A program made the translations under genes and the position numbers. From an uncultured bacterium (lineage in GTDB: Bacteria; Abyssobacteria; SURF-5): a stretch of 12,734 nt of DNA. The DNA is taken from NCBI GenBank assembly GCA_964510165.1, contig CAZEBC010000034.1:14059-26792 (forward strand), read 5' to 3'. Below, piece by piece: positions 6,416 through 12,734 of this stretch; within the stretch, counting starts at the first letter, position 1; every line of letters begins with the position of its first letter. Below the pieces are notes generated by a model. That model did no database searches. It was not told where the DNA came from and saw only the letters and a list, made by a program, of their open reading frames with translations.

Positions 6416-7351
6416 ATGACAAGTAGCGCCCTACTCCATTTGCTCACCTATGTCGCCTTCATCGTCTTTGTTGTCGCCGTGGCGGTGCGGGTTTACAAGA
6501 TTCAGACGATGCCCATTCATCTGCGGTGGGACCTGTACCCGATCGCGCATGAGGGCAAGCGCGCAAGCTACGGCGGCTCGTATTTTGAGGAACTCGACTG
6601 GTGGTCGAAGCCGCGCCATTTCTCGTGGGTCGGCGAGATGAAGGGCATGCTGCCCGAGATGCTTCTGATGGAGGCGCTGTGGAAGAACAACCGGCCGCTG
6701 TGGTGGCGCTCGTATCCGTTCCATTTCGGGCTGTATTGTCTGGCGGGCTGGGCCGCGCTGCTGGTGGCGGGCGCGATCGCCCAGATGGCGGGAGTTCAGA
6801 TTGGCAATAGCGACTCGACGCTCGGGGCGGCGATTCATTACCTGACGATCCTGGCGGGCGCGTTCGGGCTGATTTTCGGGACAATCGGCTCGGCGCTGTT
6901 GCTTCATCGGCGGCTGACCGATCCGGAGGTTGACGGCTACACGTCGGGCGCGCACATCTTCAATCTGGTCGCTTTCCTGGCCGCGATGCTCGTCGGTTTT
7001 TTCGCATATATCCTTTCGGACCAGACATTCGTACTGGCGCGGGGATACGTGCAGAGCCTGCTGGCGTTCAACGTGAACGCGCCGGTGGGCAGTGCGGCGG
7101 TCGCGGCGCAATTTGTGCTGTTCTCGCTTCTCCTGGCCTACATACCGCTGACGCACATGTCGCACTTTTTCACGAAATTCTTCTTCTATCACCGGATTCG
7201 GTGGGAAGACGAGCCGAACTTCAGAGGGTCCACAATCGAGAAGAGAATCACGAAGGCGCTGGGGTATCCGGTGAGTTGGTCCGCGCCGCATCTGAAGGCG
7301 GACGGGCGGAAGAACTGGGCCGACATCGCCACGGAGGAGGTTGACAAGTGA
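6416..7351 (+). CDS. dsrM: DsrM/HmeC-like membrane cytochrome b (NarI, nitrate reductase gamma superfamily)
   Basis: GAGGAGGAG RBS, about 5 TM helices, PIHLRWDLYP, WRSYPFH, LLLHRRLTDP, LLAYIPLTHMSHFF. GTGA overlap with the downstream DsrK-like gene. The symbol denotes family; it may be a paralog. Confidence 0.85.
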   Translation: MTSSALLHLLTYVAFIVFVVAVAVRVYKIQTMPIHLRWDLYPIAHEGKRASYGGSYFEELDWWSKPRHFSWVGEMKGMLPEMLLMEALWKNNRPLWWRSYPFHFGLYCLAGWAALLVAGAIAQMAGVQIGNSDSTLGAAIHYLTILAGAFGLIFGTIGSALLLHRRLTDPEVDGYTSGAHIFNLVAFLAAMLVGFFAYILSDQTFVLARGYVQSLLAFNVNAPVGSAAVAAQFVLFSLLLAYIPLTHMSHFFTKFFFYHRIRWEDEPNFRGSTIEKRITKALGYPVSWSAPHLKADGRKNWADIATEEVDK

Positions 7352-8952
7352 AGAGGAAGAAGATAAAGGTTGAAGACATCAGCAAGGACAACGGACGGCT
7401 GAGCGAGCTTGACCCGCGCGAGTTCTCGCCGCTGCCGCCTCCGTACGATAAGCCCGAGAACCTGCCGAAGTGGGAGCCGCTGAAGGTGTCGGATGAAGTC
7501 GAGTCCTCGCTCGACAGCACGATTGCGGTCGGCATCCCCAAGCCCAAGACCAAGCAGGAAGAGGATGAGCTTGTCCGGAAATTCCTCGCCGGCCTGGAGA
7601 AGCTCTTCACGAAGGAGAACAACTGGCCGTTCCTGCAGATATTGCAGTTGACGATGGACCACTGCGCCAAGTGCCAGACGTGTTCGGACGCTTGCCATAT
7701 CTTCGAGGCGAGCGGCAGAAACGAGATATACCGGCCGGCGTATCGGGCCGAGGTGCTTCGCCGCATTTACAATAAATATCTCAGGCCCGGCGGCAAATTG
7801 TTCGCCCGCTGGAAGCACGGCCCAATCGATTTGAATTGGAAAACGGTGGCCAGGCTGCTGGAGCTTGCCTATCGCTGCAACATCTGCCGCAGGTGCGCGC
7901 AGACGTGCCCCATCGGCGTTGACAACGCGCTCATCACGCACGAGCTTCGCAAGCTGTTCAGCCAGGAGTTGGGGATCGCGGCGCGCGAACTGCACGACAA
8001 AGGCTCGATGCTGCAGCTCAGAGTCGGCTCCTCGACCGGCATGAATCCGCTGGTCGTGAAAGACAACATGGATTTCATTGATGAGGACATGTCGGAGAAG
8101 ACCGGCATGACCATCAAGACGCCGTGGGACAAGGAGGGCGCCGATATCCTGCTGATCCACAACGCGGGCGAGATCATGGCGTGGCCTGAGAACCCGGGCG
8201 CGTTCGCGGTCATCTTCGAGGCGGCGGGCGTGAGCTGGACGCTCTCGAGCGACATTCCCGCGTACGACGGCATCAATTACGGGTTGTGGTACGACGACTT
8301 CCAGCTTGCGCGCGTGGCGATCAAGCATGCGCAAGCGGCCAAGAAACTGGGCGTGAAGAAGATCGTCGTCGGCGAGTGCGGCCACTCGACGAAATCGCTC
8401 ATGGTCATCGCGGACCGCGTGCTCACGGGCGACCTTAACATTCCGCGCGAGAGCTGCATGACGTTCCTGGAGCACCTGGTGTTCAGCGGGAAGCTCAAGC
8501 TGGACCCGAAGCGGAACGATTTCCCCGTCACGCTGCACGACCCGTGCAATATGGTTCGCCTGATGGGCATCGTTCAGCCGCAGCGGCGGATTCTCCATCA
8601 TATATGTCCGAAGTTCCGCGAGATGGAGCCGCACGGGGTGCATAACTATTGCTGCGGCGGAGGCAGCGGTTTCGCTATTATGACTCCGTACAATTTCCAG
8701 AGTTGGCGCAACCATGTGTCGGGGCGGAAGAAGCTGGAGCAGGTGCTGAACGCGTTCAAGGATGATCTCAGCCCCGAGACGCACAAGTACCTGTGCGCGC
8801 CGTGCAGCAACTGCAAGGGCCAGCTTCGGGACATCCTGTTCGCGTACGACGCGTTCGAGAAATGCGGCATCCTGTACGGCGGGCTGGTCGAGTTGATTGT
8901 GAACGCCATGGTTGATGTGAAGCCGGGCTTCATCGAGTGGGAATGGCATTGA
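7348..8952 (+). CDS. dsrK: DsrK/HmeD-like Fe-S oxidoreductase (HdrD-like, CCG domain)
   Basis: CAKCQTCSDACH and CNICRRCAQTCP ferredoxin motifs, plus GECGH, TLHDPCN, CCGGGSG and CAPCSNCK of the C-terminal CCG domain, in DsrK order. GGAGG RBS before GTG. The symbol denotes family; it may be a paralog. Confidence 0.88.
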   Translation: MKRKKIKVEDISKDNGRLSELDPREFSPLPPPYDKPENLPKWEPLKVSDEVESSLDSTIAVGIPKPKTKQEEDELVRKFLAGLEKLFTKENNWPFLQILQLTMDHCAKCQTCSDACHIFEASGRNEIYRPAYRAEVLRRIYNKYLRPGGKLFARWKHGPIDLNWKTVARLLELAYRCNICRRCAQTCPIGVDNALITHELRKLFSQELGIAARELHDKGSMLQLRVGSSTGMNPLVVKDNMDFIDEDMSEKTGMTIKTPWDKEGADILLIHNAGEIMAWPENPGAFAVIFEAAGVSWTLSSDIPAYDGINYGLWYDDFQLARVAIKHAQAAKKLGVKKIVVGECGHSTKSLMVIADRVLTGDLNIPRESCMTFLEHLVFSGKLKLDPKRNDFPVTLHDPCNMVRLMGIVQPQRRILHHICPKFREMEPHGVHNYCCGGGSGFAIMTPYNFQSWRNHVSGRKKLEQVLNAFKDDLSPETHKYLCAPCSNCKGQLRDILFAYDAFEKCGILYGGLVELIVNAMVDVKPGFIEWEWH

Positions 8953-9010
8953 TGATGCGTGCCTTGCTCCGGGATACATCCGACATTCATATGACGAAAG
9001 GATAAGAACA

Positions 9011-9430
9011 ATGGCGGACGCGAAAAATAAGAAGAAGAAAATCCTGGTTCTCGATGACGAGCCCGACATCGTCACGTACCTGGTCAGCCTGTTTGAGGAT
9101 AATAATTACCTGACCGTCTCGGCGAAGGACGGGAAAGAGGGCATGGAAAAGGTGAAATCGGAGCGGCCGGACCTCATCACGCTCGACATCTCGATGCCCG
9201 AGAAGTCAGGCATCCGGTTCTATCGCGAGATGAAAGGGGACCCCGCGCTGAAGAGCATTCCCATTGTCATCGTCACCGGAGTCTCAAGCACTCAGGACGG
9301 CGGGACGGGGAAGGATTTCGAGAGGTTCCTCGGAACACGCAAGCAGGTGCCGCCTCCTGAGGGTTTCATCATGAAGCCGATTGATGAGGCGGAACTGCTC
9401 AAGACGGTGGAGAAGCTGCTCGGCGCCTGA
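9011..9430 (+). CDS. Single-domain response regulator (CheY-like receiver)
   Basis: KILVLDDE acidic pocket, PDLITLDISMP (phospho-acceptor Asp), IVTG (Thr), FIMKP (Lys). No output domain. AAAGGA RBS. Confidence 0.93.
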   Translation: MADAKNKKKKILVLDDEPDIVTYLVSLFEDNNYLTVSAKDGKEGMEKVKSERPDLITLDISMPEKSGIRFYREMKGDPALKSIPIVIVTGVSSTQDGGTGKDFERFLGTRKQVPPPEGFIMKPIDEAELLKTVEKLLGA

Positions 9431-9452
9431 TTGGCGGGTAAGAGAATTACGC

Positions 9453-9489
9453 AAAAAAAATGAAAGGGCACGGCGCGCGCCGTGCCCTT
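9453..9489 (-). terminator. Intrinsic terminator between convergent genes (clear on minus, possibly bidirectional)
   Basis: Perfect palindrome AAGGGCACGGCGCGCGCCGTGCCCTT (9464-9489). On the minus strand the GC stem is followed by TTTCATTTTTTTT. Confidence 0.8.
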
Positions 9490-9506
9490 GGTGTTTCCGG
9501 CCCCAA

Positions 9507-10247
9507 TCAGGTTTTCGCTTCCGCCAAGGATTCGGTGGCGAGCGAGATCAGCAGATGGGATTTGGCGACAAGGAAATCGGGCATTGCCGCGTCGGGATGG
9601 TCTTGTTTGTATTTGTCCAACTCAGCGTTCATCGAGTCGAGGAATTTCTGCTTTTGTTCCGGCGAGAGCTTGATCGGGACGCCGGCCATCTGCCGGACTC
9701 CCCATGAGCTTGTGACCCGAACGACGACGGCCTCGCCGGGCGTGAGTTCCTCAGTTGCCGACGGGTCCTCTATCGAGTAGGTGTCCTCGCCGAACAGGTC
9801 TTTCAGCGTGAGCACGCCGCCCTCGGTTGAGAGGACCTCGAACGCGCCGAGGCATGACGCTCGCCATTCATCGAGCAATTTCTTCTGGTCATCGTCGAGC
9901 GATTTCGCGCGCTGCTCGGCGAACATGTCGATGATTCGCTTGTTCTCCTTCGAGTGGCGGTGCTCATGGATGAACCAGTCGAGGAAGCGGATGTTCTCCA
10001 TTGGCTCCTGATTCAGGAGCATGCCGACCGCAACCTTGCCGTCGTGATACTTCTGGAACGCCTGCTCCATCTCGTCCTTGAAGCGGCCGCCGGTGGTGTA
10101 CTTCAGGATTTCGCTGCGCAGATTTTCTTCGGCCCTGCTCCTGCGGAGTTCCTGAAGGTCAACGGCGGTTTCCTTCGGCATGCAGCATTTCTTGTACTTC
10201 TTTCCGCTCCCGCACGGGCACGGTTCATTACGACCGACACTGGACAT
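9507..10247 (-). CDS. SEC-C motif (Zn-binding) domain protein
   Basis: N-terminal VGRNEPCPCGSGKKYKKCC, then FLDWFIHE and a beta-rich GAFEVLS...LKDLF region. GGAGGA RBS. Confidence 0.9.
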   Translation of the reverse strand: MSSVGRNEPCPCGSGKKYKKCCMPKETAVDLQELRRSRAEENLRSEILKYTTGGRFKDEMEQAFQKYHDGKVAVGMLLNQEPMENIRFLDWFIHEHRHSKENKRIIDMFAEQRAKSLDDDQKKLLDEWRASCLGAFEVLSTEGGVLTLKDLFGEDTYSIEDPSATEELTPGEAVVVRVTSSWGVRQMAGVPIKLSPEQKQKFLDSMNAELDKYKQDHPDAAMPDFLVAKSHLLISLATESLAEAKT

Positions 10248-10290
10248 GTGATTCCTCCGTCATCAGAATTCGTGCTGTAAGGCCTACATT

Positions 10291-10320
10291 ATTATGTTCA
10301 CACGCATTCAGCATCAGCAA
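10291..10320 (-). promoter_or_regulatory. Weak candidate sigma70 promoter for the SEC-C gene
   Basis: Minus strand TTGCTG, 18-nt spacer, CATAAT. Confidence 0.3.
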
Positions 10321-10334
10321 ATAGATGCGCGATT

Positions 10335-11807
10335 CTATCGCAAATTGTTCTCAATGTGCTGAATGGCCCTTTGCAGCCGGTCAAGGGCCTTGTCTTTGCC
10401 GAGGAGTTCGGCGGTCTCGAAGAAGCCGGGGCCGACGGTCTTGCCGGTGAGCGCGAGGCGGGCCGGGTGTATCAGTTCGCCGAGGTTGATGCCTTCGCGT
10501 TCCAAATATGCGCGGCAATGCTGATCGATGACGGCGTGCTCGAACGTCTGGCACTGCAGGAAAATGTCGGCGAGGTCTTTGAGGCGTTTGGCGGCGTCGG
10601 GTTTCGACCAGTACTTCTTGATCCCCTTCTCCTCGTATTCCTTGATGTCGCGGAAGAAAAATTCGGACCAGGGCACGATATCTGTCAACCGGTGCAGGCG
10701 CTCCTTGGTGGCGTGCGCGAGCTTGGCGAGCCAATCGCGTTTCTCGCGGGTTTCGCCGTCGCTCAGGAGGCCGGCGTTGACGAGGAACGGCGCGACTCGT
10801 TCGGCGAGTTCCTCGTCGGAGAGCGAGCGGATATACATTCCATTCATCCATTCGAGTTTCTTTGGGTTGAAGATGGCGGCGGTCTTCGCCACACCGGAGA
10901 TGTCGAACTCTCTGACGAGTTCGTCGCGGGACATGATCTCGCGATCGTCTTTCGGCGACCAGCCGAGAAGCGCGAGGTAGTTGACCATCGCCTCCGGCAG
11001 ATAGCCCATCTGTTCGTAGGCCGAGACGGCGGTGGCGCCGTGGCGTTTGCTGAGGCGCGAGCCGTCCTCGCCCATGATGAGTGAGACGTGCCCGTATTCA
11101 GGCGGCTTGGCGCCGAGCGCGCGCAGCAGCATGATCTGTTTGGGCGTGTTCGAGATGTGGTCCTCGCCCCGGATGACGTGCGATATCTCCATGGTGACGT
11201 CGTCAACCGAGACGGAGAAGTTGTAGGTCGGTGTGCCGTCGGAGCGGAGAATGATGAAGTCATCTATTTCGGAGTTGTCGAACGATATTCGGCCGCGCAC
11301 CATATCATCGAAGCTGGTGATGCCGGAAGGCACGCGGAACCGGAGCGCGAACGGCATCCCCTTCGCCTCGCGGTCGGCGACCTCGGCGGGCGAGAGCTTG
11401 CGGCAGCGACCGCTGTAGCCAAGCGTGAGCTTTTGCGCGCGGGCCTCTTCCCGCATTCGGTCTAGTTCTTCAGGCGTGCAGAAGCATTTGTAGGCGGCCT
11501 CGCTCGTGAGAAGCCTGTCGGCCTCGCGGCGGTAGATTTCCAGTCGCGCCATCTGATTGTATGGCCCGTAAGCGCCGCCGACGCCGGGGCCTTCGTCCCA
11601 GTCGAGGCCGAGCCACTGGAGTCCCTCGACGATTGCGCTGAGCGCCTCGGGCGTGGAGCGCTCCTTATCGGTGTCCTCGATTCTGAGAATGAAAACGCCG
11701 CCATGATGGCGCGCAAACAGCCAGTTGAACAGCGCGGTGCGCGCGCCTCCAATATGCAGATAACCTGTGGGGCTGGGAGCGAAACGCACCCTCGGCGTCG
11801 GGGGCAT
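10335..11807 (-). CDS. gltX: Glutamate--tRNA ligase
   Basis: RVRFAPSPTGYLHIGGARTALFN (HIGH motif), LRIEDTD, YKCFCT...YSGRC, ISHVIRGEDH, RLSKRHGA (KMSKS-like). True start ATG at 11807 (490 aa) in a TGATG overlap with the nadA stop, with GGAGG upstream. The ORF track's extension to 12341 overlaps nadA and is spurious. Confidence 0.98.
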   Translation of the reverse strand: MPPTPRVRFAPSPTGYLHIGGARTALFNWLFARHHGGVFILRIEDTDKERSTPEALSAIVEGLQWLGLDWDEGPGVGGAYGPYNQMARLEIYRREADRLLTSEAAYKCFCTPEELDRMREEARAQKLTLGYSGRCRKLSPAEVADREAKGMPFALRFRVPSGITSFDDMVRGRISFDNSEIDDFIILRSDGTPTYNFSVSVDDVTMEISHVIRGEDHISNTPKQIMLLRALGAKPPEYGHVSLIMGEDGSRLSKRHGATAVSAYEQMGYLPEAMVNYLALLGWSPKDDREIMSRDELVREFDISGVAKTAAIFNPKKLEWMNGMYIRSLSDEELAERVAPFLVNAGLLSDGETREKRDWLAKLAHATKERLHRLTDIVPWSEFFFRDIKEYEEKGIKKYWSKPDAAKRLKDLADIFLQCQTFEHAVIDQHCRAYLEREGINLGELIHPARLALTGKTVGPGFFETAELLGKDKALDRLQRAIQHIENNLR

Positions 11808-12734
11808 CAGCCGACCTCCAGCATTCTGTCGAGCGCCCGCCAGGCTTTTTCGCGGATGTCCTCGGGTACTTCCACTTTGTACTGCATGTAGCGGAGGGAC
11901 TGCGCCAACCAGTCGAGCGTGGTCATCTTCATGTTCGGGCAGAGGATATGTTTGGCGGGGAGATGGAATTTCTTGTCGGGGTTTTCCTTGCGGAGGCGAT
12001 AGAGGATTCCCATCTCGGTGCCGATGATGAATTCCTTCGCGTTGGAGTTCTTGACGAACGAGTACATGCCCGACGTGCTCGATACGTGGTCGGCGAGGTT
12101 GACGACCTCGGGCAGGCATTCCGGGTGCGCGACGAACATGGCGTTCGGATGCTCGGCCTTCGCGCGCTTCACGGCCTCGGGATTGATCAAGATGTGCGTG
12201 GGGCAGAAGCCGTCGTAGGGAATGATCTGCTTGTCGGTGAAGCGCGAGACGTAATGCGCGAGGTTCTTGTCGGGCGTGAAGATGATCTGGCGCGCGTTGA
12301 CCGACTGCACCACCTTGACCGCGTTGGCGGACGTGCAGCACACGTCGCTCTCAGCCTTGATCGCGGCGCTCGAGTTGACGTAGGTGACAACCGTCGCGTC
12401 AGGATACCGGAGCTTGAGTTCGCGCAGGCGCGGCACGTCGATCATGTCGGCCATCGGGCAGCCCGCCTCCTGCACCGGCAGTAAGACTGTCTTGTGCGGT
12501 GACAGGATCGCGGCGCTCTCGGCCATGAAGTGGACGCCGCAGAACACGATGACGTCGGCGTCGGTCTTCGCCGCTTGCTTACTGAGGCCGAGCGAATCGC
12601 CGCAGAAATCGGCGAGCGCCTGAATCTCGTCGCGCTGGTAGTTGTGCGCGAGGATGACCGCATTGCGCTCCTTCCTGAGCGCGGCGATCTCCTGTTTCAG
12701 CGACTCGATGTGTTTCTGGTATTCCGGATGCGTA
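11807..12734 (-). CDS. nadA: Quinolinate synthase A (5' partial; start lies beyond the window)
   Basis: The frame is open to the window edge: [65 protein letters not shown] (three cluster Cys). Confidence 0.98.
   Translation of the reverse strand, partial: THPEYQKHIESLKQEIAALRKERNAVILAHNYQRDEIQALADFCGDSLGLSKQAAKTDADVIVFCGVHFMAESAAILSPHKTVLLPVQEAGCPMADMIDVPRLRELKLRYPDATVVTYVNSSAAIKAESDVCCTSANAVKVVQSVNARQIIFTPDKNLAHYVSRFTDKQIIPYDGFCPTHILINPEAVKRAKAEHPNAMFVAHPECLPEVVNLADHVSSTSGMYSFVKNSNAKEFIIGTEMGILYRLRKENPDKKFHLPAKHILCPNMKMTTLDWLAQSLRYMQYKVEVPEDIREKAWRALDRMLEVG

Noticed and set aside
8950-8960. TGATGA at the end of the dsrK-like gene as possible selenocysteine readthrough
   Set aside because: The protein is already complete after the CCG domain, the tandem stops are ordinary, and no Cys-equivalent position is involved.
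7189-9075. 628-aa minus-strand ORF antisense to the dsrK-like gene
   Set aside because: Antisense shadow caused by codon bias, with no recognisable domain. The same applies to 1477-2508, 6431-7291 and 10356-11084.
11808-12341. Apparent 178-aa N-terminal extension of GltX in the ORF track
   Set aside because: It is an alternative frame of nadA. GltX homology begins at [13 protein letters not shown] (11807), which has its own RBS.
1-12734. CRISPR array, tRNA/rRNA, integrase or transposase genes
   Set aside because: No regularly spaced repeat-spacer units, no tRNA or rRNA signatures, and no recombinase motifs were seen.

Overview
GC-rich bacterial chromosomal window, probably from an anaerobe (taxon cannot be fixed from sequence alone). 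Minus strand, left arm: a 3'-truncated Cys-rich 4Fe-4S protein (missing from the ORF track), a GH4 glycoside hydrolase with an alpha-galacturonidase-like CHE motif, a coiled-coil/Yip1-like membrane protein and an NSS (LeuT/SNF-family) Na+-dependent transporter. Plus strand: a divergent operon of a DsrM/NarI-like cytochrome b, a DsrK/HdrD-like Fe-S protein and a single-domain response regulator. Minus strand, right arm: a SEC-C motif protein, gltX and a 5'-truncated nadA. Intergenic regions hold several sigma70-type promoters, GTAG-type REP elements and other palindromic repeats. Two observations stand out. (1) A ~360-nt leader lies between the promoter and dsrM-like start and folds by eye into six abutting hairpins plus a long-range closing helix, with strand-specific G-U pairing; I cannot match it to a known riboswitch. 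(2) The DsrM-like protein keeps the proximal heme-b His pair but has lost both distal ligands (His to Ala, His to Gln), in a dsrMK module with no dsrJOP, dsrC or dsrAB in the window. All assignments come from motif reading; no database search was run.
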